From a cyanobacterium endosymbiont of Epithemia turgida isolate EtSB Lake Yunoko (GTDB lineage: Bacteria > Cyanobacteriota > Cyanobacteriia > Cyanobacteriales > Microcystaceae): a stretch of 32,000 nucleotides of DNA. The position numbers and the translations under genes are program-made. The stretch is taken from contig NZ_AP012549.1 in assembly GCF_000829235.1 (NCBI RefSeq), forward strand, positions 173,397-205,396, written 5' to 3'. The first letter of the stretch is position 1. Each line of letters starts with the position of its first letter. Below the pieces are notes generated by a model. The model did not search any database, had not been told where the DNA came from, and saw only the letters and a list, made by a program, of their open reading frames with translations. Of this stretch, positions 10,572-20,820 are shown in pieces.

Positions 10572-11506
10572 GTTGAATGTCCAGTATCTGAAGTTTATGT
10601 ATAAGATCTTGATAATAGGAGTAATCACTCAATATACTGACTTTAATCATCTCTTAAAGAGATTATTTTCGATAATTTTCTAAAAAATTGTATAATACAT
10701 TATTTTTTGTGATTTTTATTTATTTATTGTAATCTAAACTCCTTAACCAGTTAAATTATCGAGAAAGCTTTTGGTATTTTTATTGAAGCTCTATCAAATA
10801 AGATTGCTGGCACAACCGTTGTAGTTGCTGTTGATTTTAACTTACTGCCTAACGTAATTTAAAAATTTGCTCAGTTACAAACTTTATTCCTTATTTAACC
10901 CAAATATTTTTGTATTTATTGTCTTAATCGATATAGGATTAAGCTAAATGAGCTAAGACAAATTTTTTGAGTATCCTCATGTTGCAAAGTCACCTCCATC
11001 ATGTTCTTCATTTTTAAGGGTTTAATGATCAGAGAAGCTTTTTTCCTTGAACTAGACTGTGATACCCTAGGGCAGGATTTTCCCAAGTAATTTATGAAAT
11101 AATTAGTCTCAATGTACCATAACTTGATTTTTTAAAACTTTAATTTTTATCTTTAAATCAATTGGTGTTTTAGGGTAATTTTTTTAGTGTTAAAAGTTTA
11201 TAAAAATATTTGAAAATGCCCTCTATAAATAAGAGCTTATTTCATCAATTAAATGGCTACTGTTATTATAATCGCTAAAATTAGGGAAACAATTAATGTT
11301 TAATCGTATCCTTAAATATACTACTAATCGTCCTATTTTTTATCTCAATTGAGCGCTTAATTCTCTTTTCTAAATAAAAATCTCTTCAGTTATCTTTATC
11401 TCCTCAGGGAATAATTAAATTTTTATTACTATCGTTTGTACATAAGAGATTTCCTCACAATACACTCACATTTCACATTAATATAAAACACAATATTCAG
11501 TTCAGG

Positions 11507-11542
11507 CGTTTGCTCCAATGATTATAATCATTGGAGCAAACG
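11507..11542. repeat. Perfect 36-nt palindrome
   Basis: CGTTTGCTCCAATGATTATAATCATTGGAGCAAACG. Confidence 0.9.
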
Positions 11543-11877
11543 ATTTAGTCTATCATAGTAAATAGACTCCTAAAAATAACCTATGCTTTCTTGATTGTCA
11601 TTAAGTCAATCTATACTTAATGAATATTGTCTATATAAATTCATGGACAAGAAACAAAGAATATACAGATGATGATAATTTCATGTTGTCAATCGCAAAG
11701 ATTGAGAGAAATAGATGTTTGCAGAAATAATTACTTTTTGCAGTCCCCAAATCTGTTTTTGAATTAATGTTAAACAATTAAAGAATTAAGCTCTTTGGCA
11801 AGGTGGATGGCACACTCCAGAAAAAATAGATTATCAAGAAGCATACATAGAGATTTCGTCAATAAGTAGCATAAATT

Positions 11878-12798
11878 TTAACTATGGTTCATAATAATTT
11901 TTAACATCTTCTCCCCTAATATCTTTGGTTGTTCTATCATAGACATATGACCACAATTAGACAGTTCAATAACATTACTCCCCTGACCCTCAAAAAGAGG
12001 ATGAAAACTAGCTAAATAGCGAACATATTTAGTTTCCATTACCGTGTCTTTGTCCCCAGCCAAAAAATAAACAGGTTGTTGTAAACGAGATACTATCTGG
12101 GGGAGTAAGTGAACCTTAGTTTCTGTTGTAGAATCAAGTAAAAATCCCAACGCAGCTTGAGTATCTGCTTTAAGCAAATCTAGGACCCGTTGTCGTCCCC
12201 AACGTCGTTCTAAAGAACAAGCCATTATAAGTCGAGAGAAAAGTACATCAATTAGAGCCACAGAGAGTAGCCAGCTTGGTCGGCGCCTGATTAACCGTTC
12301 TCCGACTGAGCGGAATTGTTCGAATTCTTCCTTGAGATAAATTCCGCCTCCTGAATTCAGGCAAATAACTCCCTGAACAGTTTCAGGACAAACATCAGCC
12401 CCCCACAAAGCAATACTACCCCCCAAAGAATGGCCTATAAGCCAAGCTTTCTTAATAGCCAATTTTTGTAGTAGAACACTTAAGTCTTGAGCATAAGCCC
12501 CTAAACCGTAAGGAGAGATGTTATTAGTTGAACTGGGATTGGCTCGTTGAAATGAAGTTCTCCAGTTGATTACTTTGTCTTGATTTAAAGCTTCTCGAAC
12601 TTGCTGAGAGTCACCAAACCCTCGGAGATCATAAATTAGACAAGGATAGTTAGGTGTTAATTGTTCAATTAACGGAAGCCAGTATTGACGACTCAATAAC
12701 CATCCATGAATAAAAATAAGTACAGGGGTAGATGCTTGAAAAGACGTGGATGTTAGCTCATAGGCGTGAGGAACTCCCAAAATGTCGATAGTTGGCAT
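11878..12798 (-). CDS. Alpha/beta-fold hydrolase
   Basis: 306 aa: PVLIFIHGWLLSRQYW, YDLRGFGDS, IGHSLGGSIAL nucleophile elbow, FLAGDKD, SNCGHM catalytic His region. Confidence 0.85.
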   Translation of the reverse strand: MPTIDILGVPHAYELTSTSFQASTPVLIFIHGWLLSRQYWLPLIEQLTPNYPCLIYDLRGFGDSQQVREALNQDKVINWRTSFQRANPSSTNNISPYGLGAYAQDLSVLLQKLAIKKAWLIGHSLGGSIALWGADVCPETVQGVICLNSGGGIYLKEEFEQFRSVGERLIRRRPSWLLSVALIDVLFSRLIMACSLERRWGRQRVLDLLKADTQAALGFLLDSTTETKVHLLPQIVSRLQQPVYFLAGDKDTVMETKYVRYLASFHPLFEGQGSNVIELSNCGHMSMIEQPKILGEKMLKIIMNHS

Positions 12799-12944
12799 AT
12801 ATTTATCCTAACCTGATAAGAAGGCTTTTTAGTCGATATAATGATTTAAGGAAAACCTTGCAATTTGGTGTCTACTTAAAACCCACCCAAATAGCCTAAA
12901 TACAGTATAAATTAAATAAAACATCAAAGCTTAGCCGTGTCGGC

Positions 12945-13472
12945 ATGGTCTTTTGGAAACGATTGTTTAGTAACCCTTCTGATTCAGTCACCTCTGCTCT
13001 AACTTCGAAATTCAACGGAGAACCCCTAGACATAAAAGGCGAGACAAACAGTCAACGGCGCATTTTCTTAAGTACCGAACGAGATATTAATCTCTACGAA
13101 CTCGAAGAATTATGTAATGCTGTTGGCTGGGCGCGTCGTCCCCTACGGAAGGTTAAGCAAGCCTTACATCATAGTTTTATCGTAGTCTCTATGTGGGAAG
13201 TTGAGAAAAATCAGAGGCGTTTGGTTGGATTTGCCCGTGCAACTTCCGATCACGCTTTTAACGCTACGGTTTGGGACGTGGTCGTCCACCCAAGTTGCCA
13301 AAATAAAGGACTTGGGAAAGCTTTAATCAAATATATGATTCATAAACTTAGGAATAAGAATATTAGTAATATTACTCTGTTTGCTGATCCTCAGGTAATA
13401 GATTTTTATCGTCGTCTGGGATTTGTTTTAGAGCCTGAAGGCATCAAAGGGATGTTTTGGTACCCCAATTAG
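12945..13472 (+). CDS. GNAT-family N-acetyltransferase
   Basis: 175 aa: [23 protein letters not shown] acetyl-CoA-binding motif, [19 protein letters not shown]. Confidence 0.85.
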   Translation: MVFWKRLFSNPSDSVTSALTSKFNGEPLDIKGETNSQRRIFLSTERDINLYELEELCNAVGWARRPLRKVKQALHHSFIVVSMWEVEKNQRRLVGFARATSDHAFNATVWDVVVHPSCQNKGLGKALIKYMIHKLRNKNISNITLFADPQVIDFYRRLGFVLEPEGIKGMFWYPN

Positions 13473-13589
13473 ACATCTCCAAAAATTAAGATGCAACCCT
13501 GATGATATAAAAGTTTTAGGTTAATCTTTGACAAAGGTGTATTGATGATTTGTGAGTATTTAGGCTACAATAAATAAGTAAGCGCGATA

Positions 13590-13663
13590 CGGGATGTAGC
13601 GCAGCTTGGTAGCGCGCCTGCTTTGGGAGCAGGATGTCGCAGGTTCGAATCCTGTCATCCCGA
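13590..13663 (+). tRNA. tRNA-Pro (anticodon TGG)
   Basis: CGGGATG/CATCCCG acceptor stem, D arm GCGC..GCGC, anticodon arm CCTGC-TTTGGGA-GCAGG (TGG), T arm GCAGG-TTCGAAT-CCTGT. Confidence 0.95.
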
Positions 13664-13982
13664 CTTTAACTGGATTACCCACAACTTTACTGCCTTTGAT
13701 GTTTCATCAGCTCTATGAGTATGAGTTTGTTATGATGAGATAAAATTGCGTAGGAACTTGGTTTTAGCGAATTTCGTCCGACTCCAAGTAAAGGTCTGGT
13801 CACGTATCGAAAAAATTCTGAATCTTAACTACCTCAGGTAGTAAAATTACTATGAAAACAATAGATTTGTAAGAGATAAATTTTCTAAACTTAAACTTGT
13901 GCCCAAAAAATTAGTTCATTTTTGTCGGCTATTAAGTATAAATAAAGTCAATCATAGTCATAGAATGTGAGGTTAACTTCTT

Positions 13983-14738
13983 ATGAAATCATTCATCCGT
14001 AGCAGTATTACTCTAGGATTAGCTAGAAGTTCTGTTATGATTTATTCTTTGTTAAATTATGATTTGAGTGTTTTGGCATTAACTCCAGAACAAATTGTAC
14101 AGAAACTTAATCAAGTGCCTGTATTTACTATTGGCAACAGTAAAGAAATATTATTGTCTACTGACAATAATAAAAAAACATTTGTCACTTATCTGAGTCA
14201 TCAGGATGCTCAGCAGGTTGTTGAGCAAATTACTAAAGACAATCCTCAAAGTCAGCTAGAAGTAATTACTATTCCTTTAGGTAAGGTTTATGAATTACTA
14301 AAAAGCAAGGAAAAAAGTCAATCCCAAGAACCTCCTGATTTATTTACTTTTATTCCTTTAAAAAAACAACTTCCATCAGCTTTATCAATTCTTAAACAAG
14401 AAGATCCTAGTGCTAAAGATTTTCCTGGAATTCCTTTATTTTACGGAATGATCAAGGTCAATGAACAAGAGACTTTTTTGTCTGTAAAAGACGGAGAGAA
14501 AAATTTTACTCCTTTTTATTTTGAAAGAGAGTCTCTACAGAAATTAATTGAAAATATCAGACTACAACAACCTAAATTTGCTTCATCTATAGAAGTCAAA
14601 GTAACTCCATTAGGTGGAATTGTTTCAGCCTTTGAAAGTGACGATAAAAAACAAGAAGACTTCATAAAAAGTGTAGTACTTGTTCCTTCACAAGAGTCAG
14701 CAAAAAAGTTACTAGAAACATTCAAACAAAATCAGTAA
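13983..14738 (+). CDS. Tic22-like family protein (first tandem copy)
   Basis: 251 aa, N-term signal-like segment, LTPEQIVQKLNQVPVFTIGNSKEILL... FPGIPLFYGMIKVNEQETFLSV...TPFYFERESLQKLI repeated Tic22-type layout; similar to the next ORF. Confidence 0.75.
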   Translation: MKSFIRSSITLGLARSSVMIYSLLNYDLSVLALTPEQIVQKLNQVPVFTIGNSKEILLSTDNNKKTFVTYLSHQDAQQVVEQITKDNPQSQLEVITIPLGKVYELLKSKEKSQSQEPPDLFTFIPLKKQLPSALSILKQEDPSAKDFPGIPLFYGMIKVNEQETFLSVKDGEKNFTPFYFERESLQKLIENIRLQQPKFASSIEVKVTPLGGIVSAFESDDKKQEDFIKSVVLVPSQESAKKLLETFKQNQ

Positions 14739-14844
14739 GTAAAGTAGGAAATTCAGGATGGAAAAGCTAGTAATGTCATCAATTTATTGACATAAAAAAT
14801 GATTTTTCATCAAATGTTAAAAAATATTAAATTCTTATAAAAAT

Positions 14845-15573
14845 ATGAAAACTTTGATTCGTTGGGGTGCCACTCTAGGATTAGTTGCTAGTACAATTTT
14901 ATGTTCTGGCTTGTATCAGTCGCGTTCAGCTTTTGCCTTGCCTCAAGAAGAAATTTTTAAGTTACTCCGTGGAATTCCCGTTTTCATGTTGGTAAACGAT
15001 AAAAATGTCCCGTTGGGAGGTAAAATAGATGAACAAACAATGTTTACTAACGTTTTTATGAGCAAACAGAATGCTCATGAATTTTTGATCCAACTTAAAA
15101 AAGATAAACCCTCTATTGCTGATCAATATAAAGTAGAACTTATCTCTTTAGGTGCAATTTATGAGGTTTCTCAAAAGAATTCTAATGAATCCCAACGATT
15201 GGCACTTCAATATATTCCCACTAAAACTGAAGTTGAGTCTGCTAAGCCTATTCTAAGTGAAGATGGAAAGGAATATAGAGGAGGTGTTCCCTTATACATA
15301 CTTAAAGGAGGACCTGAACAAAATTATTTAACAATCAAACAAGATGGGGAAACTATTATTCCTATATTTTTTGAAAACCAGACAATTCAACAAGTTATTA
15401 ATAACCTAAAACAACAGGAATCTGACCAAGCTACTAATCTCAAAATAGAAGTAATTTTACTGGGAAATTTAATTGGTACTTTGGAAAAAGAAGATAATGA
15501 GTTTTTTCGAAAAATTCGGTTATGGCCATCTCAGGAAATGATGAAAATCATCCAAGAAAATCGCCAAAATTAA
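14845..15573 (+). CDS. Tic22-like family protein (second tandem copy)
   Basis: 242 aa: signal-like N-terminus, LPQEEIFKLLRGIPVFMLVNDKNVPL... YRGGVPLYILKGGPEQNYLTIKQDGETIIPIFFENQTIQQVI. Confidence 0.77.
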   Translation: MKTLIRWGATLGLVASTILCSGLYQSRSAFALPQEEIFKLLRGIPVFMLVNDKNVPLGGKIDEQTMFTNVFMSKQNAHEFLIQLKKDKPSIADQYKVELISLGAIYEVSQKNSNESQRLALQYIPTKTEVESAKPILSEDGKEYRGGVPLYILKGGPEQNYLTIKQDGETIIPIFFENQTIQQVINNLKQQESDQATNLKIEVILLGNLIGTLEKEDNEFFRKIRLWPSQEMMKIIQENRQN

Positions 15574-15581
15574 CAACGCTA

Positions 15582-16505
15582 ATGGAAAATTTAACAGAAG
15601 ATAGTCAAAGAACTGCTGTATCGGGATCGGACCTAGAAACTTGGCGAAGTTGGGCTATAAGTGAATCAATCGCCGCCAATGTCCTTCCTCAAGAAGTAGA
15701 CTGGGTACTTCAGGAAGTAGCAGAGTTAGATCGACTTTCATTGAAGTTAGAGTTATTTCGGCAGCGATCAAAAATTTACCTAAAATTTCCCCTATCTTAC
15801 TTAGAGCAATTATGGCGGCATCGTCTCAAAGATAGGGTTCCTATTCAATATCTTGTAGGTGTAACTCCTTGGCGTAATTTTTTACTGAAAGTTGCTCCTG
15901 GAGTTTTTATTCCTCGCCCTGAAACCGAGTTGATCATTGATTTAGCTGTTCAAGCAGTTCAGAAGAGTTCCATTCTTAACTTAAACTCAGGACATTGGGT
16001 GGACTTGGGGACTGGTAGTGGAGCAATTTCAATTGGATTAGGTATTATATTTCCCAAAGCAAAAATCCATGCTGTTGACTATAGTGAAGTCGCCCTAGCT
16101 ATTGCTAAAGAAAATGCTAAAAACTTAGGACTCTCTTCAAAAATTCAATTTCATGAAGGATCATGGTGGACTCCCCTAGAAAATTTGAAAGGTAAAATTA
16201 GTGGGTTGGTCTCTAATCCCCCTTATATTCCCACAGAAATACTGTCTCAACTCCAACCAGAAGTCAAATACCATGAACCATATTTAGCTTTAGATGGAGG
16301 TAAAGACGGTTTAGAGGCAATTCGCTATCTAGTAGATAGTGCTCCTAATTATCTTCAGTCTGGGGGAATTTGGTTGATTGAAATGATGGCCGGACAGGGA
16401 AAAAATGTAGCTCAATTGTTAGAAAATTCTTCTAATTATCATTCAATCAAAATATTGTCAGATCTAGCAGGAATTCAACGTTTTGCTTTAGCTTATCGTA
16501 CTTAA
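15582..16505 (+). CDS. prmC: Peptide chain release factor N(5)-glutamine methyltransferase
   Basis: PVQYLxG-like VPIQYLVGVTPW, IPRPETE, VDLGTGSGAISIGL and SNPPYIP motifs. The track ORF starts at 15522 but the in-frame ATG at 15582 (MENLTEDS...) avoids overlap with the upstream gene. Confidence 0.93.
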   Translation: MENLTEDSQRTAVSGSDLETWRSWAISESIAANVLPQEVDWVLQEVAELDRLSLKLELFRQRSKIYLKFPLSYLEQLWRHRLKDRVPIQYLVGVTPWRNFLLKVAPGVFIPRPETELIIDLAVQAVQKSSILNLNSGHWVDLGTGSGAISIGLGIIFPKAKIHAVDYSEVALAIAKENAKNLGLSSKIQFHEGSWWTPLENLKGKISGLVSNPPYIPTEILSQLQPEVKYHEPYLALDGGKDGLEAIRYLVDSAPNYLQSGGIWLIEMMAGQGKNVAQLLENSSNYHSIKILSDLAGIQRFALAYRT

Positions 16506-18400
16506 TTAAACTGTTTGATTAATGCTTCTCTATCCAAAATTGTTTGTATTTTTACCCGAATTAATTGATAAGCAATACTTTCCCCAATAACTTGATAATC
16601 AGATGATTTTAAGGCTAACTGTTCAAAATATTTAGGTTTAGCTACTATCAAGATAGTTGATGACATATTTTGCTGATTAGCTTGCTCGTTAAAATAGTCA
16701 ATTACTCTACCATTATAGATATCAGTTTCAGTAATAGAATCAACGGTTTGTTGAGTGTAATAAGTTATACTCGGACGCATAAAACCAATAAAAACTAATT
16801 TTTCTCCTGGCTTCTGTTCTTGTTTTACCAAGGTTCCAAGTTCTCTCAGAGGAAGTTGCCGTTGACTGTCAACAATTGGAGCAATAGGAAGTGCAACCCA
16901 ACTAAAAAAAGCCATAAAACCTAATAAATTTGCTGCCCAAATCCAGCGTCGATGATGTTTCCAGAACAGTAAAATTAAAATACCTAAAGTGGAAAATGAC
17001 AAGATAATTCCACTATGGATGGGTACACCTGATTCCTTTAATAACTCGCTAAACTGGGGCATCATTGGATCGTAACCAATAAGTTTAGGGCTGATGAAAC
17101 TTGCAACAGCTAATCCACTTAAAATTCCTATATTAGCTAATCCACTAAGCCAAAATAAAATTATCCAAAATCCTGACGATTTTTCTCCTTTTGTTGCCAT
17201 TTGTTCGCTCCAAAACAGTGTAATCATAATGGCTGCAGCTGGTATTAAAGGAAGAACATAACCTGCTAATTTAGTGACTGAACTAGAAAAAAATGAAAAT
17301 ATAACAACAAACCAAACTAAAGCGAATAAACCTAGGTGGTTTGAACGATGGGAAGAAACCCAAAATCTCCGTTTCCAAAAACGTAAACGAGCAATAGCTA
17401 ATGGTAAGAAAATTGACCAAGGAAGTAATCCAACTAAGACCACAAAAAAATAATAATACCATGCCCCAGGATGGCGACTAACAACACTAGTAAATCTTTG
17501 TATATTGTGCAATCCAAAAAAAGTATTAATATATTCTTGACCGTATTTTAAAGTAATAAGAACAAACCAAGGAACAGTAATAGCAACAAAGCTCCCAATT
17601 CCCAATAACCAAGGAGTCTCTTTTATCACTTCACCTAAGCGATTAACAAATAACAGAAATACAATGACGATAATCCCTGGGAGAACAATTGCTACAGGAC
17701 CTTTAGCTAAAACACCTAAAGCCATAAATACCCAATATCCCACATACCACCAATTTGTAGAAAATAATTTTAATTGCTTAGTAGAATCTTTTAGGGGATG
17801 AGCATAACCAATAAAAAATGACAGTAATGCTAATCCAATATTACTAGATAAAAACATATCAGAAACCGCTGTTCTTCCCCATGCAATCCAAAAAGGATTA
17901 AAAGCAACAATAGCTGCTCCTAAATTAGCTGAAAACCAGGATTTACAAGAATCGGGTCTTATTTTCTCTTCTATGGAGGAGTGGAAAGGTTTAAGGCTAG
18001 AAAATCCAAAATTGTGTAAACTATAAAAACTCAAACCTACTAAAGCAATCGCAAATAAAGCCGAAGGAAAACGAGCCGCCCATTCACTCACTCCAAATAG
18101 TTTAAAAGATAACGAAACTAGCCAATAGGTCAAAGGCGGTTTATCAAAGCGAGTTTCGCTATTCCAATAAGGAGTTAACCAATCTCCTGTTATGTGCATA
18201 TGACGGGATGCTTCAACAAACATAGGTTCTGTTTTATCAATCAACCCAATAGTTCCTAAATCCCATAAAAAAGCGATCCAGCTAATTAGTACCAGCCATA
18301 AAACAGAAAAGAGCCATAGTATTTTGGGGGATTTTTTTAAAAAGTTATATTTGCTTATAATTTGTTTATGTGCGTCTATTTTATCCATAATAATATCCAA
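16502..18400 (-). CDS. GT39/ArnT-like integral membrane glycosyltransferase
   Basis: 632 aa multi-TM protein with EPMFVEASRHM, YWNSETRFDKPPLTYWL, PGAWYYYFFVVLVGLLPWSIFLPLA, typical of ArnT/PMT-type transferases. Confidence 0.85.
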   Translation of the reverse strand: MDIIMDKIDAHKQIISKYNFLKKSPKILWLFSVLWLVLISWIAFLWDLGTIGLIDKTEPMFVEASRHMHITGDWLTPYWNSETRFDKPPLTYWLVSLSFKLFGVSEWAARFPSALFAIALVGLSFYSLHNFGFSSLKPFHSSIEEKIRPDSCKSWFSANLGAAIVAFNPFWIAWGRTAVSDMFLSSNIGLALLSFFIGYAHPLKDSTKQLKLFSTNWWYVGYWVFMALGVLAKGPVAIVLPGIIVIVFLLFVNRLGEVIKETPWLLGIGSFVAITVPWFVLITLKYGQEYINTFFGLHNIQRFTSVVSRHPGAWYYYFFVVLVGLLPWSIFLPLAIARLRFWKRRFWVSSHRSNHLGLFALVWFVVIFSFFSSSVTKLAGYVLPLIPAAAIMITLFWSEQMATKGEKSSGFWIILFWLSGLANIGILSGLAVASFISPKLIGYDPMMPQFSELLKESGVPIHSGIILSFSTLGILILLFWKHHRRWIWAANLLGFMAFFSWVALPIAPIVDSQRQLPLRELGTLVKQEQKPGEKLVFIGFMRPSITYYTQQTVDSITETDIYNGRVIDYFNEQANQQNMSSTILIVAKPKYFEQLALKSSDYQVIGESIAYQLIRVKIQTILDREALIKQFN

Positions 18401-18427
18401 TTTAAATATTTTTAATAACTGAAATAA

Positions 18428-19096
18428 CTAGAAATTACGATATTTTGTGTCAATAGTTTTCAAAAGAAAAATAGATAAAGTAAAGGCTAGATAGCCAACG
18501 CAAAAACCGGCAATAATATCTGTTGCCCAATGAACTTGTAAATAAAGACTCGCCCAACCCATAAAACAAATCAAAATAATTGATATGCTATAGAAGTAAA
18601 CAGTTAGTTTAGGAAACTTGAATGAAATCAAATAAGAAATGTATAAATACAGCATAAAGTTACCAGAAATGTGACCACTAGGGTAACTGTTTCCCTGAAC
18701 ATCTATTAATCCTGGAGCGGGACGAATTCGATCAAATAAAGGCTTTAAAAACTTATCAGTTAAAATAAGAATTCCCAGAGAAGAAATTGCTAAAACTTGG
18801 GCTTCCTTTAAATAACGTTTCCAGAATAAAAAACTTAAACTGCCTAAAACAAAAAAAATAACAATTTCAGCTTCTCCCGAAATATAAGAGAATCGTGCAA
18901 ATTCCAATAAACCAGGTTGACAAAAGTGGCGAACCCATCGTATAAAAGTTTCATCCCAAGCATCAAGATTTCCCCGAACAACTTCTTGATTCAGCCATAA
19001 TAATAGTAATAAGACAATCACAAATGATGTTAAAGTCTTATTTGTTATTACTTGGCCAATCTTTTCCATCACACTCTTTCTTAGCTTTAGCTTCAT
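18428..19096 (-). CDS. PAP2-family membrane phosphatase
   Basis: 222 aa: KPLFDRIRPAP, YPSGHISGNFMLY, VHWATDIIAGFCVGY (KXXXXXXRP, PSGH, SRXXXXXHXXXD-type motifs). Confidence 0.9.
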   Translation of the reverse strand: MKLKLRKSVMEKIGQVITNKTLTSFVIVLLLLLWLNQEVVRGNLDAWDETFIRWVRHFCQPGLLEFARFSYISGEAEIVIFFVLGSLSFLFWKRYLKEAQVLAISSLGILILTDKFLKPLFDRIRPAPGLIDVQGNSYPSGHISGNFMLYLYISYLISFKFPKLTVYFYSISIILICFMGWASLYLQVHWATDIIAGFCVGYLAFTLSIFLLKTIDTKYRNF

Positions 19097-20619
19097 ATCT
19101 AGTTAGATGTTAAAATTTAAGTAAGTATCACCATATAATAACACTCGGATTTATAAACGGCTTTACTCTGACTTAATCTGGGATAATTAGGATCCTTTCT
19201 GAGAACTAATCATCAATAATCCTATAAAAATCAGTTATTTTAAAGATAAGTTAAAAAAAATAAACATCTGACTCATCGGGTAAAAATTATTACTATCATT
19301 GGTTCTGTAGGCAATTTTTAAACAAATAGTTAATGACCGAATAAATGTAACGAGGTTTAACTTTTTACCTGTAAGCAATGAAACTCGCACTTTTATGAGA
19401 TCTCTATTATGTGATCTTTTCTGAAAGATTGGAAACTTCTATCAATTTACTATTAATACTTACAGTGTCTCAAAATTCAGGTGTAACAAATTTTGGTGGA
19501 TAAATTCTCTTCGACCAAGAGAAGTTATTCCCTCTTGTTGATAAATAAAGTAATCAAGCGAATACCGCCTTAATTACTTTGAACTTATGGTCAAAATCTT
19601 GCTATTCAATCAAATATTAAGGTTAATATTTAAAGAAATTCAAAAACAGTGGGTTATCTACAAAATTGCTGAAAAAACTAACCTATTAAATCTTGATTCA
19701 TGTATTATTTCCATAATAGACCGAGACAAAAAAGAGTTTAGATTCAACTTATTTTAATAAATTCACTTATCATCTCTAAATTTTACTGAAAATAAATAAT
19801 ATTTGTATATTAACGAAATTGAATTAGTGTTTCGATTATTACAAAAATCAAGAAACACTAATCAGTAAATAATTTTAGAATAGATTATAGAAGACTATGA
19901 TAGTGTTATATTGACAAGGAGAGATTTAGGAGTAAAAATAATTTATTAACTAATTCCCGTGCTAAAAAAATAGACTGTTCAGTTATGTAATTATAAAAGA
20001 ATGCCCGCCATTACCGCTACCTAAATACTAGACAGCACATTTCATAACTTCTATCGGACTCGTGCTTAAACTATTAATTTTGCTGATGTTAAAGACTGTA
20101 TCATTTTCACTAAAGTGGTAAAAATTCTAGCTGCAATTACCCTCTTTGAAAGGTATTAAATTTTTTAAGACACTTCTCTAGACAAGATTAATGATACCGA
20201 AGCCTAAAATTGCGCTCTTATTATTTTCAATAAATCTTCAACTTACGGCATACCGTCACCCTTACAGGATAAAATAATCCCTTTTTATTAGTTTTAAGAA
20301 ATTATCTTCATTGGTCCATAATTATTATTATTTTCTATGAAAAAGTTTATTAACGTCTTGATTTGATTTAGGAACTGATTTTTGCTTAATTAAAGAGGAG
20401 GTATATTTTTTTACAATATTAGTTAGTCAAACAAACTTAAATTTATTTTATTTGAGACAATTTAACTTTAAACCAGGAAAGCTAGAATAGCTTTTACATT
20501 TTAGTAATACTATTAATTAATAAGTAAAACAATAAATAAGATTAAATAAATCTAAAACATTAAAATGATTAAAAAGAGCAAATACGCCAATGTTTCTGAG
20601 AATCAATTCTTAAGTTTTC

Positions 20620-20820
20620 TTGATACAAATAACCGTATTAGGTGTATAAAGATGTTCTCTAAAAGTTTAGTTACCAATCGAGCTAAAAATCAATAAAAAT
20701 AGGGTATGTATTCAACTAAGGAACTCGATAAAAGTTTTCAATCTCTACTTTTCATCAACTCTCTAATATTCGATATTAATTTATTGAAGAATTTTAATGT
20801 CTAATGTTTTTAGGGACAAA
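20620..20820 (-). pseudogene. Degraded tandem duplicate of the 3' end of hemH
   Basis: e.g. ccaatcgagctaaaaa.tcaataaaaatagggtatgtattcaactaaggaactcgataaaagttttcaatctctac (20684-20750 region) aligns with ccagtcgagctaaagaatcaataaaaatagggtgggtatttaacgcaggcactcgataaaagtttttaatccctgc (20887-20962 region). Homology continues on both sides (attcgatattaatttattgaagaattttaat vs attcaatatcaatttcttgaagagtttcaat). Roughly 75-80% identical by eye. Confidence 0.85.

Noticed and set aside
13664-13980. Possible structured RNA between tRNA-Pro and the first Tic22-like gene
   Set aside because: Contains small stems (e.g. ACTACCT-C-AGGTAGT) but no motif I can assign to a known RNA family; would need an Infernal/Rfam scan.
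14516-14725. 69-aa ORF antisense to the first Tic22-like gene
   Set aside because: Lies entirely opposite a well-supported CDS, with no domain signal.
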